Source: an uncultured delta proteobacterium
Lineage (GTDB): Bacteria > Desulfobacterota > Syntrophobacteria > Syntrophobacterales > Syntrophobacteraceae
Assembly: GCA_963808625.1 (NCBI GenBank)
Contig: CAWEHK010000029.1
Span: forward strand, 96,001 to 160,000
Direction of reading: 5' to 3'
DNA length: 64,000 bases
In this document: piece after piece, positions 51,156-61,607 of the stretch
How positions within the stretch are numbered: position 1 is the stretch's first letter
Layout of the letters: the number at the start of each line of letters is the position of its first letter
Translations under genes and position numbers: made by a program
The notes under the pieces: model-generated
Told to the model about the DNA's origin: nothing
The model's database searches: none
What the model saw: the letters and a program-made list of their open reading frames with translations, nothing else

Positions 51156-52652
51156 ATGGGATTGCGTGTTTATAATACTCTGACCAGAGGGAAAGAGGAT
51201 TTCATCCCCCTCGATCCGGGAAAGGTCAGGTTCTATGTGTGCGGCATCACGGTGTATGATTACTGTCATATCGGTCATGCGCGATCCGCCATCGTTTTTG
51301 ACGTCATCTACCGATACCTCCTCCATCTTGGCTATGAGGTGACTTACGTCAGAAATTTCACCGACATCGACGACAAAATCATTCGTCGTGCCAACGAAGT
51401 GGGCGCCGATTATCGCACCATTGCCGATCGTTTCATTGCCGCCTTCTATGAGGATATGGATGCGCTGGATATCTTGCGCCCGACGATGGAGCCGCTGGCA
51501 ACCGACCATATCCCGACCATGATCGCGATCATCGAAAAGCTGATGGAAAAAGGGATTGCCTACCAGTCCGGCGCCGACGTCTATTTTGAAGTGGAGCGTT
51601 TCAACGGATATGGGAAATTGTCCGGGCGTTCGCTCGAAGAGATGATGGCGGGAGCGCGGGTTGAGGTCGATGTCAACAAGCGCAATCCGCTGGACTTTGT
51701 GCTCTGGAAAGGCAGCAAGCCGGGGGAACCGGTCTGGGACAGTCCCTGGGGCCCCGGACGGCCCGGGTGGCACATTGAATGTTCTGCTATGGGCCGGCGT
51801 TACCTGGGAGAGACTTTCGACATCCACGGCGGCGGCAAGGACCTCATCTTCCCGCATCATGAGAATGAGATCGCTCAGAGCGAGGCGGCTTTCGAGGTCC
51901 CCTTTGTCCGCTACTGGCTGCATAATGGCTTCGTCAACATCAACAATCAAAAAATGTCGAAATCTCTTGGGAATTTTTTGGTTATCCGGGACTTTCTCAA
52001 AGAGGTCCATCCCGAGGTGCTGCGCCTGTTCGTGCTCAGCAAGCATTATCGCAGTCCGGTGGATTTCAACGACGAAAATGTTGCCGAGGCCGAGCGGGGG
52101 GTGGAGAAGCTTTATGGGACGCTGGCCGCAGTCAAGGAACGTGCTCCCGCGACGGCAGAGACGCCGATGGCTGACGCCGCACTGCAGAAGCAGGACCCAG
52201 AGCTTTACGACCTCGTTCTGGGGCTCCCCGGAGCATTTGAAGATGCGATGAACAATGATTTCAATACGGCGCTGGCACTCGGCCATTGCTTCACGTTGCA
52301 GCGGCGTCTGCAACGGTTCCTCGACCAGTTCGGGCAGAAGAAGCTCAAGGGTGCCAATGCCATGTTGGCGCAAAGAGCAGCCGCAACGCTGCCGGAATAT
52401 GCGAAGGTCCTGGGCCTCCTCACCAGGGATCCCGAGGCCTTTTTCGAGGAACAACGGAGACTCAAAATCACCTCGACCGGTATGACCGAAGAGGAAGTGG
52501 GCCGTCTTATCGAGCTTCGCCATCAGGCAAGACTGGAAAGGAATTTTGCCGAGAGTGATCGGATCAGAGACGAGTTGGAAAAGAAGCGGGTCCTGCTTGA
52601 GGATACCCCCCACGGAACCCGCTGGCGCGTTGGCACTGCAAGTGAGTCGTGA
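51156..52652 (+). CDS. cysS: Cysteine--tRNA ligase
   Basis: YVCGITVYDYCHIGHAR, NFTDIDDKII, GRPGWHIECSAM, FPHHENE, KMSKS. Confidence 0.98.
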   Translation: MGLRVYNTLTRGKEDFIPLDPGKVRFYVCGITVYDYCHIGHARSAIVFDVIYRYLLHLGYEVTYVRNFTDIDDKIIRRANEVGADYRTIADRFIAAFYEDMDALDILRPTMEPLATDHIPTMIAIIEKLMEKGIAYQSGADVYFEVERFNGYGKLSGRSLEEMMAGARVEVDVNKRNPLDFVLWKGSKPGEPVWDSPWGPGRPGWHIECSAMGRRYLGETFDIHGGGKDLIFPHHENEIAQSEAAFEVPFVRYWLHNGFVNINNQKMSKSLGNFLVIRDFLKEVHPEVLRLFVLSKHYRSPVDFNDENVAEAERGVEKLYGTLAAVKERAPATAETPMADAALQKQDPELYDLVLGLPGAFEDAMNNDFNTALALGHCFTLQRRLQRFLDQFGQKKLKGANAMLAQRAAATLPEYAKVLGLLTRDPEAFFEEQRRLKITSTGMTEEEVGRLIELRHQARLERNFAESDRIRDELEKKRVLLEDTPHGTRWRVGTASES

Positions 52653-52889
52653 CGCTTGTGGCAACCGGATGCTCGCGCGAGGAACAAGGGCTCGCTTTCC
52701 GGTCTCTTCCCCTTTTCCCAGGCCTGGCCCCAAAGCCTGCTTTTCTGCCGCCCGGGGAGGCATTTCTTTCCTTCAGCAGCCGGGCCACAGGATTCACGAT
52801 AGGGTTGAAAGTGCTGACTTCTTGAAAAAGTGCCTTAAATTACATTGCGTGGGTGTAGGATAGATCCGGTAAATCTACAGGAGGCGAAG

Positions 52890-53345
52890 ATGAACGCAAA
52901 GGATTTTGTGGAAATCAAGGAGGTCTTTATCAAGACCGACCGTATTCAAGGCAATATGGTGATCTTGAAGGAGTCCGAAGACGATTCTCAGTACTTCCTG
53001 ATGTTAGTCGGGGATGCGGAGATCACGGCAATCGCCAAGGAAAAAGGGCTTGTGGAGCCGAAGCGACCCCTGACTCATGATCTCTATCTTTCCATACTCA
53101 ATCATGCAGGGGTGGTTTTTGACCGCATCGAAATTCATGAAATGCAGGAAAATACTTATTACGCAAAAGTCTACGCCGGCATTCAGGGAAAGGAGATCAT
53201 TTTCGATAGTCGCCCCAGTGATGCGGTAGCCTTGGCGCTCCACCAGAAATGCCCCATTCTGGTCAACCGCAAACTGCTCCGCCGCGAGATGACGCCGGAA
53301 GAGATTCAGGAATATGAAATGATTGTCAGAACGGTGAAGTTTTGA
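52890..53345 (+). CDS. Bifunctional nuclease family (DUF151/DNase-RNase) protein
   Basis: VGDAE..AI, RPLTHDL, FDSRPSDAVALAL; AGGAGG RBS. Confidence 0.9.
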   Translation: MNAKDFVEIKEVFIKTDRIQGNMVILKESEDDSQYFLMLVGDAEITAIAKEKGLVEPKRPLTHDLYLSILNHAGVVFDRIEIHEMQENTYYAKVYAGIQGKEIIFDSRPSDAVALALHQKCPILVNRKLLRREMTPEEIQEYEMIVRTVKF

Positions 53346-53441
53346 GCGACGGTGGGGAGCTGAGAAGAGGTTTTATCGTTGAAAAGTATTCTTATTTCGT
53401 CATGAACGGATGATCAAAGGATTATCAAAGGAGTGTATCTT

Positions 53442-53597
53442 ATGGCTAAACACAAAAAGACCGAGAGAAGTAAGGAATTGGATCGCCGCCGCCGCCGGAA
53501 AGGAAAAGAGGAAGAAGCTGCTGCGCAAGGAGGAGCAGTCGCGCATGCATCCCGCCAAACGGGCGAAAGCAACTGCGCATTAGATACATTTAACTAA
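53442..53597 (+). CDS. Small basic Arg/Lys-rich protein (DUF6800-like); possible +1 indel, in which case it ends at 53583
   Basis: AAGGAG RBS, then MAKHKKTERSKELDRRRRRK...; not in the ORF track (<60 aa). Confidence 0.55.
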   Translation: MAKHKKTERSKELDRRRRRKGKEEEAAAQGGAVAHASRQTGESNCALDTFN

Positions 53598-53632
53598 CAC
53601 CTACATCTGAGCGATCTTGCTACCAACTTAGC

Positions 53633-53701
53633 GTCATTCCGGCGAAAGCCGGAATCCAGTAAGAAGGGCACAGACTGGATACCGGCTTGCGCCGGTATGA
53701 C
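53633..53701. repeat. GTCATTCC-N-GGAATCCA palindromic repeat (dRS3/RPE-like); half copy at 55003-55033
   Basis: gtcattccggcgaaagccggaatccagt...actggataccggcttgcgccggtatgac. Confidence 0.7.
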
Positions 53702-53758
53702 GGGAGTAGGCCTTCTGAAAGGAATCGCTCAATTTAGATAACAGAAGGGTGAGTTTTC

Positions 53759-54931
53759 ATGGGGATTCAGTCTGCTTCGGCAACCTTTGTTCGATTTCAT
53801 GTGCCCGATGTGGGCGGTGGGGATTTTTGGGGCTACATCGATGAAAACCTGCGCGCGGGAAGTTTCAAAGACCTCGAAGACGGCCAGGAGCAAGCGCTGG
53901 GATTTGTGTCCTGGGACGATCTCTTTGATGCGTCCTTTGCCGATGGTTCCTACCACAGGGGTGAGTACCTCGCCTTCCAATTTCGTGTTGACCAGCGAAG
54001 CGTCCCGGCGATCATAAGAAAGCAGTACATCAGGCGAAGGATCGATGACTATCGCAGCAAGAACAACGGCCGGTGGCCCTCCCGGCAGGAGCGGCAGGAA
54101 ATCCAGGAAAATGTGCAAAACTGGCTGATGAACCAGATGATGCCCAAACCCTCCGGCTGTGAAGTGGTTTGGAACCCGGTCGCCAAATGGATGTTCGTGG
54201 GCGCCACCGGGACCAAGATGCTCGAGGCTTTCCTGACTCATTTTGAGAAGCATTTCCGCACCTATCCCATCCCCCTCTATCATGTTCACTGGGCGCTCCA
54301 CCTCGTGCCGCTGGACGGGCGCCGGAAGGATGCGCTGGCTTCCATGGTTTCCGTCCGCTCTCCCCAGGCGATGTATGAGGGCCGCCCCCTGGGATATGAA
54401 TTCTTGACGTGGCTCTGGTTCCTCACCGAAAATGCCAATGGTGCCATCGATCTTGGCGAAGGTCGCCAGGCTGAAGTCAGCCTCGGCGAACGCCTCGTCC
54501 TTACCCTCCCGGCAGACGGCAAAGAGCGGGTGATTTGCACCACCCAGGCCAACGCGCTCCACGAAGCACGGACCGCCCTGCAGCAGGGAAAGCTCGTTGA
54601 CGAACTGCAATTGTTTTTGAGAATCGGGGACAACGAATACTTTCTGACCCTGGACAGTTTTCTCTGGGCGGTGAAGGGCCTCAAGACCCCCAAGCAGCTT
54701 CCTGATTTCGCTGAAGAAGACGCTGAAGGAAAATTCCTGGAAAAAATGTACTTCCTCGAAGAAGTGTCCTCGGCCCTGAACACACTCTACGGACTATTCC
54801 TCGATAACCGTTTGAGTCCTGCCTGGGACACGGACACCCTGCCGCGCCTTCGGGGATGGATGGAAGGAAGCCTGCCGGAGCAAGCCGGTCACGTCGCCGG
54901 CGAAAGAGGAGGGCCGACTGTCCCATTTTGA
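53759..54931 (+). CDS. RdgC-like recombination-associated protein (two related halves)
   Basis: SATFVRF, GFVSWDD, FRVDQRSVP, EVVWNP; second half LGYEFLTWLWF, EARTALQQGK. Confidence 0.65.
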   Translation: MGIQSASATFVRFHVPDVGGGDFWGYIDENLRAGSFKDLEDGQEQALGFVSWDDLFDASFADGSYHRGEYLAFQFRVDQRSVPAIIRKQYIRRRIDDYRSKNNGRWPSRQERQEIQENVQNWLMNQMMPKPSGCEVVWNPVAKWMFVGATGTKMLEAFLTHFEKHFRTYPIPLYHVHWALHLVPLDGRRKDALASMVSVRSPQAMYEGRPLGYEFLTWLWFLTENANGAIDLGEGRQAEVSLGERLVLTLPADGKERVICTTQANALHEARTALQQGKLVDELQLFLRIGDNEYFLTLDSFLWAVKGLKTPKQLPDFAEEDAEGKFLEKMYFLEEVSSALNTLYGLFLDNRLSPAWDTDTLPRLRGWMEGSLPEQAGHVAGERGGPTVPF

Positions 54932-55085
54932 CCGGTTTCACCCTGGGCACAGGCAACCTCTCAATGACCACAGGCAAAACCAAACCGTCATATTTTCAGC
55001 TCGTCATTCCCGCATGCTTCTGGCGGGAATCCAGGGGTTGCCGAAGCACTCGAGTCTCTACAATCCTTGAGAAAGCACGAGGGCA

Positions 55086-56141
55086 GTGACGGACACCCAT
55101 CTGGAATGGCGAACTTTTGCCAGTTTCCTTCAGGAACACTGGCTCAGTGCTTTCTTCCTCCTTGCCACGCTGGTCACGCTGGTGGTTCTTTTCACCGTGC
55201 GCTGGTGGCTCAGGCGAAGATGGACGCAGCTTCTGGAAACGGAATACGATGTTGAAGCCGATCTGGATGTCCTCCCACCATATGATGAAAAGGACCAGCA
55301 GGTCCTGGAGCTCATCCGGAGCTTCCGGAGCGAGGTCTGGCAGCTTCCCGATGCGGAGCTGCTGCTGAGCATTGAAGCGCTCAGCCAGCGTGCCGTTCGC
55401 ATCGTCACCTCCGTCGCTGCGGTTTACCATCCTGACGCCGAGGTCCCCCAGTATCAGGCTTCCCTGACGGAGCTGCTCCACTTGGTTCGCCGTGTGACCG
55501 CCCGTTTGAGCCGGCTGGGGACGGTGGTCCCTTTCAGATACCTGGGCAATCGCAAGCTCAGCGACTATCAGCGATACTACCAGCTCTATCGGAAGATCAA
55601 CGACCATCCCGTACTGCAGCTCTTGAAGAGAAATCCGCATCTGTACCGGCTTGCCCGATGGGCGCTCAATCTCAAGAATCTCGCCAATCCTTTGTACTGG
55701 GCGGGAAAGGAGATCAGCCGAGAAAGCTATTTCTATCTTCTTCGCTGGTTCTATCTTGCCTTCACCAGCCAGGTGGGAAGAGAGGCCATGAGGATCTACA
55801 GTGGCCGTCAATTCCAGACGGAAGAGGAGCGCGAAGCGGCTCTCGCGTGTTACCGTCTTTTTGCCCTGGCCCAGCAGTGGGGCGGTCCTTCCGCCCCGGA
55901 ATGGTCAGCCCTGGTCGACTTCGTAACCAGCCATCCCGGTATGGAACTGGAGGTCAAACTGCAGGTGCTCTCAAGATGTTCCAGGAGCCGTCTCCCGAAA
56001 GATCTTGAAGAACAAAAACTCAAAACCAAGAACGGTCTCAAGGTCTATCGCCAGGGTTTGAAACGGCTGCAGGAAGCTGACCCCGAACGGTCTCCGATCA
56101 GGACGGAGCTGATCCAGAGCGAACTGGCGGCGGAGGAATGA
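55086..56141 (+). CDS. Hypothetical membrane-anchored protein
   Basis: 351-aa ORF with an N-terminal TM (WLSAFFLLATLVTLVVLFTV) and GAGGG RBS; no motif recognised. Confidence 0.7.
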   Translation: MTDTHLEWRTFASFLQEHWLSAFFLLATLVTLVVLFTVRWWLRRRWTQLLETEYDVEADLDVLPPYDEKDQQVLELIRSFRSEVWQLPDAELLLSIEALSQRAVRIVTSVAAVYHPDAEVPQYQASLTELLHLVRRVTARLSRLGTVVPFRYLGNRKLSDYQRYYQLYRKINDHPVLQLLKRNPHLYRLARWALNLKNLANPLYWAGKEISRESYFYLLRWFYLAFTSQVGREAMRIYSGRQFQTEEEREAALACYRLFALAQQWGGPSAPEWSALVDFVTSHPGMELEVKLQVLSRCSRSRLPKDLEEQKLKTKNGLKVYRQGLKRLQEADPERSPIRTELIQSELAAEE

Positions 56142-56475
56142 TTGCTTTTTCGCCGCCGGCATTACACTGCAGCGTTGGACCGCAATGTGCAGAGGAAATT
56201 TGGATTACAGATCAAAAGCGAATAGATCGAACTGTTAGTCTGTTATATCAATGCCTTATAAGAAAAATGGCAAAAGCATTTGATTTTCAATTGCTTTTTT
56301 AGATTCAGCGGCTATACTTGCATAATGCTAGTTGAGTACGATATTTTGGGTTCTGCAGGAAATCGGTCTTTCGCCAAGGCAAAGGGTGCGGTTCCGGAGC
56401 AGCTCCGAATAGCGCACCAAAAGAGCAGTGGAAAAAATACAATATCGATTGAATTTGAAAAAAAGGATGTAAGAA

Positions 56476-56676
56476 ATGGCGGAAGGCAAAGTAAAATGGT
56501 TTAATGACAGCAAGGGCTTTGGCTTTATCGAAACTGACACGGGGCATGATGTGTTCGTTCATCACACAGCCATCCAGGGTGAAGGTTTCAAATCCCTGAG
56601 CGAAGGTGAGCGGGTGAGTTTTGTGGAGGAGAAAGGCGCTAAAGGGCCTCAAGCGACGATGGTGAGAAAGCTTTAG
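56476..56676 (+). CDS. Cold-shock protein (CspA family)
   Basis: [38 protein letters not shown]. Confidence 0.97.
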   Translation: MAEGKVKWFNDSKGFGFIETDTGHDVFVHHTAIQGEGFKSLSEGERVSFVEEKGAKGPQATMVRKL

Positions 56677-56712
56677 CCGAAGCATAGCCCTAGGGTTTCA
56701 ACAATGGGCATC

Positions 56713-56743
56713 AGCCGGAGTGATAAAACGCTCCGGCTTTTTT
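56713..56743 (+). terminator. Rho-independent terminator after csp
   Basis: agccggag-N10-ctccggct followed by a T-run. Confidence 0.8.
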
Positions 56744-56863
56744 ATTCCAATGATCTCTCCTTGCCAGTCTATGCAAACACAAAGGATGTGAAAATTCTTC
56801 GGTTTGCACACCCTGCGTCATCTCTTTGGAAAACTCGAAGGGGTTGGGCATGCAACTCCCACC

Positions 56864-57046
56864 CTAATTCTTGCCTTTCAAAAAATCCCGCACTGCATCA
56901 GCCGATGTGCCGACCGCTCGGACTGCATGTTTTAGCTGCATGTCGGTGCACGTCAACTTTTGACACCAGTATTTGACTTCATTCGGTTCATGAGGATTGA
57001 CTCGGTGATTGCCGTAAGGGCCTCGCTTGATTTTATCATAAGGCAT
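56864..57046 (-). CDS. DUF3606-family small protein
   Basis: RVNPHEPNEVKYWCQKLTC...LKHAVRAVGTSADAVRDFL; AAGGAG RBS. Confidence 0.85.
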   Translation of the reverse strand: MPYDKIKRGPYGNHRVNPHEPNEVKYWCQKLTCTDMQLKHAVRAVGTSADAVRDFLKGKN

Positions 57047-57297
57047 GGTTTCTCTCCTTTATTGGGCTTGACTCTCTAAAGATCTTACCAATGCAGCATA
57101 TCACTTCGCAGGACTAAAGGATATGGGCAGGGCCGATTTCAAACAAAGATGCTTTAATTTCTTCCCAACCTATCGAAAGCATTGATGAATATCAGCACGT
57201 TGAACTTCAGGTGACCGCCCCTTGAATTTCATGATGAAACATCGGTTTGCGGGATTGTTGCACCTGTTATACGATCAGTGAAAAGGAATCAGAGATT

Positions 57298-57507
57298 ATG
57301 GTTGAGAAGTTCAAGCTGGAAGATGAATACATCGAGTTGATTAAACTCCTGAAGGTTACAGGTCTGTGTAGCAGTGGAGGAATGGCTAAAGTCATCACGA
57401 GCGAAGGACGTGTGAAGGTGGACGGGGTTGTGGAGCTTCGCAAAAGATGTAAAATCCGGAAGGGGCAAACGGTGGAGTTGCAAGGCAACCATATTGAGCT
57501 TGAATAG
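57298..57507 (+). CDS. S4-domain RNA-binding protein (YbcJ/YaaA-like)
   Basis: YIELIKLLKVTGLCSSGGMAK...VKVDGVVELRKRCKIR. Confidence 0.92.
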   Translation: MVEKFKLEDEYIELIKLLKVTGLCSSGGMAKVITSEGRVKVDGVVELRKRCKIRKGQTVELQGNHIELE

Positions 57508-57599
57508 TCCGCTTGGAACTCAATACCCGATGATTTTGTGCCTTTTAGCGGAGGCATGCGGCGATAACATCATTCGTTTTAGCCGATTCAGGAGATATT

Positions 57600-58091
57600 A
57601 TGGATAGTTCGGCGGAGCCAAAGAGCAAATCACAGGTCAAGAGAGAAATGCACGCCTTGCAGTCACTTGGCGAGCATCTTGTGGATTTGTCGCCGGATCA
57701 GATCAGCAAAATAGAAATGCCGCAGGATCTGCGGGAAGCCGTGCTCTTTGCCAGGACCCTCAAGAAAAGTGAGGCCTGGCGCAGGCAGATGCAATACATC
57801 GGGACCCTGATGCGCGATGCCGATCCGGAACCCATCCGCGAGGCGGTGGCTGAAATCAGCCGGGGCCGAGGTGTTGATGCTCAATCATTACGAGAACTTG
57901 AGCAGTGGCGGAGGGGGCTTGTTGATGGCGATGACGAGTTCTTGGAGGATGCGGTGAATCGTTTTCCGGGTGCCGACCGCAAGCGTCTGCGCCGCCTGGC
58001 GCTCGATGCTCGAAAGGAAAGAGAAGGGAATAAGCCTCCCAAAGCTTCACGAGCTCTATTTCGGTATCTGAGAGAGCTTTCCAAGACTTGA
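57600..58091 (+). CDS. yjgA: Ribosome biogenesis factor YjgA (DUF615)
   Basis: KSKSQVKREMHALQSLGEHL, RRQMQYIGTLMR, LEQWR..L, ASRALFRYL. Confidence 0.93.
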   Translation: MDSSAEPKSKSQVKREMHALQSLGEHLVDLSPDQISKIEMPQDLREAVLFARTLKKSEAWRRQMQYIGTLMRDADPEPIREAVAEISRGRGVDAQSLRELEQWRRGLVDGDDEFLEDAVNRFPGADRKRLRRLALDARKEREGNKPPKASRALFRYLRELSKT

Positions 58092-58228
58092 TCCTGTGGC
58101 ACCAGGCAAGGTTTCTTTGTCCCTGCAGAGAGAATTTTGGCAGCACCCCGGGATGATCCTTCGATTAACCTCGACGCTTACTCCTTGCTTTCAGGGACCC
58201 TCTTGGATTAGGCTTAAGGTGCACGGCT

Positions 58229-58351
58229 GGGGGCGTCTAAAAATAAAAGGCCTTCTTCTACCACGAAGGACACGAAGTGATTTCTTCGCGCTCTGAGCTT
58301 GTGGTCAAGAAAGGGTTGAAATGGGTGCAAGTTATTTCTGGACGGTTTCTT
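58229..58351 (-). repeat. Inverted copy of the 13294-13431 MITE-like repeat
   Basis: gggggcgtctaaaaataaaaggccttct...tgaaatgggtgcaagttatttctggac aligns with the reverse complement of 13294-13431. Confidence 0.75.
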
Positions 58352-58560
58352 GGCCACAATCGGCCGGCGTGGGTTTTACCCGCGCCCAATCCGCGACCGC
58401 TTTGATGACAGGTGTAACTCTGGGGATTTGGTTTTTACCCATAACCAGGTAATGCCTCAAAATGGCTATTTCCGGTGAAATCTCCCTCCGGGGTTCCGGC
58501 TGAGCATGCCTGTCGGGCTCGCTTACCGGCGTTTATTTTCCAAGGAAGATAAGGATTGGT

Positions 58561-59043
58561 ATGAACATCTTTGTGGGGAATCTATCATTCAAGACCACCG
58601 AGCAGGAATTGCAGAGGGAATTTGAGGCATTTGGCGAAGTGGGTTCGGTCAAAATCATCATCGATCACAACACCCTCAAATCTCGGGGGTTTGCATTTGT
58701 CGAAATGGAAGACCGGGATCAAGCCTTGGCAGCAATTGCCGGGATCAACGGCAAAGAGCTTGCCGGTCAAATTCTCAAGGTAAATGAAGCAAAGCCGCGA
58801 GAAGCTCGTGGGCCTCAAAGCCGTGAGCGAAGTGGAGGTGGCTTCAGCTCAGGTGTTCGATCGAGCGGGAGTGGCTTCGGCAACAGAGATCGAAGTAGCG
58901 GGGGCTACGACAGCAAAGATGCAGACGGTAGTATCTACGACAGCAAAGGTCGAAGCGGGGGCGGCTTCGGCAACAGAGGTCGAGGTGGGCGTACCTCCGG
59001 CTCAGGGGGGCGATCAGGCAGGGGCAAGCGTCCTCCCCGCTGA
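58561..59043 (+). CDS. RRM (RNP-1) RNA-binding protein with Gly/Arg/Ser-rich tail
   Basis: MNIFVGNLSF, SRGFAFVEM, LKVNEAKPRE, RGG-like tail. Confidence 0.95.
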   Translation: MNIFVGNLSFKTTEQELQREFEAFGEVGSVKIIIDHNTLKSRGFAFVEMEDRDQALAAIAGINGKELAGQILKVNEAKPREARGPQSRERSGGGFSSGVRSSGSGFGNRDRSSGGYDSKDADGSIYDSKGRSGGGFGNRGRGGRTSGSGGRSGRGKRPPR

Positions 59044-59084
59044 CTTCCATGACCCGGCGGGTTGCAACGAAAGATGAAAACGGA

Positions 59085-61272
59085 TCACCAGCCACGTTCT
59101 GAGGACAACAGCCTCAAGCCATTGAAGATCACCAGCAGGGATGCGCCCATATCGGCGGCGATGGCGCCCCAGAGGGTGGCGATGCCGGCGAAGGCCAGGG
59201 CGATAAATGATCCCTTCACGACCAGCGAAAAAATGATGTTCTGTTTGATGATGCGAAGCGTTCTGCGAGCATGACGGATCAGCCAGGGAAGTTTGGAAAG
59301 ATCGTCGGACATGAGGGCGATGTCAGCGGTTTCGATTGCTGCGTCGGAACCCATCGCCCCCATGGCGATGCTGACGCTGGCCGACGCCATCGCGGGCGCG
59401 TCGTTTACGCCGTCGCCAACCATGGCCATGCCTCCAAGGGCTTCTTTCATTTCCGCTACCACTTTCACTTTGTCTTCCGGCAGCAATTCGGCGTAGTATT
59501 CGTCAATCCCCACCAGCCCGGCGACCTGTTCCGCGGTGCGCTGATTATCACCGGTAAGCATTACGATTCTTTCGATTCCCAGGCCTTTCAGAGACGCGAT
59601 CGCCGCGCGGGCTTCCGAGCGGACGCTGTCCGCGATGCTCATCAAGCCACACACATGATCCTGACACCACATGATCACCAGCGAGTGCCCCGCGTCTTCG
59701 AGCGAAGTCGCGGTAGCGTGGACTTCCGCGCTTTCGTGGTTCCATTGCTCCAACAAACGATGACTGCCAACCCAGTAAGTTTTGTTCTCGATGACGCCAA
59801 GCGCACCTTGCCCGGGCAGGAGGGTGAAATTGTCCGCGGGGACAACTTCAAGCCCTCGTGACTCGGCCGCTGACAAAATAGCCCGGGCAAAGGGGTGGGT
59901 GCTGTGAGACTCGAGAGACGCCGCCCGGGCCAGCAGTTTCTCCTCGGTATGATTATCCATGGGGATAATGTTCTGGACCGATGGGTGGCCGTGGGTGAGG
60001 GTCCCCGTCTTGTCGAAGGCGATGCCTCGGAGGCGAGCAGGAGCTTCGAGATAGGCCCCGCCCTTAACGAGGATGCCGTGGCGGGCCGCCAGAGGTGAGT
60101 CCGGCAACAATGCTGACCGGTGTTGAAATCACCAGCGAACAGGGGCAGGCGATGACCAGCATGACGAGCCCCCGATAGAGCCAGGATGCCCACGCCTCCC
60201 CCCAAATGACGGGCGGGACTACGGCCACCAGCAAGGAGAGCATCATCATGGCCGGGGTGTAATATCGGGCAAAAAGATCCACCCACTGTTCCACGGGAGC
60301 GCGCCGGGACTGGGCTTCTTCGACCATCTGGATGATGCGGGCCAGGGTGGTGTCGGTGGCCGGCTTTGTGGTGCGAAATTCAAACGCTCCTTCACCATTG
60401 ATCGTGCCCGCGTACACCTCATCCCCAACCTGCTTGGAGACGGGCAAAGATTCCCCGGTGATCGGCGCTTGATCAATGGAAGTAGCGCCCCTGGTCACGA
60501 TACCGTCCAAAGGCACCTTTTCTCCCGGGCGAACCAGGACCGTGACGCCAACGGGCACCTCCGCAATGGGCTTTTCTTCCAGGTCGCCATCGGTGGGACA
60601 AATAAACCTGGCGGTGGTGGGAGAGATATCAACCAAGGCTTTGATCGCCGAACGGGCGCGCCCGACGCTCCAGGATTCAAGCAGCAGGGCAAGGGCAAAA
60701 AGGCAGGTTACCGATGCGGCTTCGAGCCACTGGCCGAGCCCCATGGCTCCGAGGGCGGCAATCACCATGAGCAGGTTCATGTCCGGTCTGAGCGTTCGCA
60801 GCGCAAATAAAGCCCGGGGAAAAATGAACCAGCCCCCGGCAATGATCGCACTCAGATAGATCAGAACGACTTCCGGGGAGGGGCCGGGTCCTTCTTCAAA
60901 ACCTGGAACAAGGGCTTCGATGAAACTGCCCCGATGGTAAGCGTCAACCAGAAACCCGAGCAGAATCAGGAAGGCGCTCGCGACACAGGCAATCAGCCTG
61001 CCGTAACTCTGCCACCAGCGCTCTTGCACCGGGCAAGTTCCGGCGCACCAGGCATCATCCCGGGACACGGCTTCCATACCGGTGCCGGCAACTGCCGCTT
61101 TGATCGCCTCCTCGTCAGCCCCATCGAGTGACACCAAAACCGTCATCTTGCCGCTCAAGAGGTCAAACGCGAGGTTCGATTCACCGCCGACAAGCGGACC
61201 GACCACGCTCTTCAGCAGTGCCATCTCCTCGCTGCAGCACATTCCCTTTATGCGAAAACTCGTCCTGTCCAT
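59085..61272 (-). CDS. Heavy-metal-translocating P1B-type ATPase (ZntA/CadA-like); frameshift near 60090
   Basis: GMCCSEE metal-binding domain, TGES, CPC, GILVKGG, DKTGTLT, HP, TGDN, GDGVNDAP. Confidence 0.93.
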
Positions 61273-61607
61273 TTGTGTCCACTCTTCAGATTACCCATCT
61301 AAGATAATGCATGAGGCCCGCTTTGTGGGCGAAATTTCCTCCGATTTGCGATGAGATCCTTGCTTTCACGGGATTAAGAACTCACCGCAGAGACGCAGAT
61401 GGTCGCAGAGAAAACAATGACTTAGTACAGCTCAGCAGATAAAGTGTCCATTACCCTGGATCTGCAAAATTGTGACAGAGTTTAAAGAAATCGCAGGTTA
61501 GCAGTGCGGAGCATTCCTATTCATGGTGCTTCTCTGCGTCCTCTGCGTCTCTGCGGTGAAAAAAGGACTTCACTCTTTCAAGGGTACAATGATCTTCCTT
61601 TGCTCTG

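Noticed and set aside
50883..52763. Long antisense ORFs (626 aa opposite cysS; also 19818-21125, 33087-34058, 46360-47469)
   Set aside because: Shadow ORFs expected opposite GC-rich genes; no recognisable motifs.
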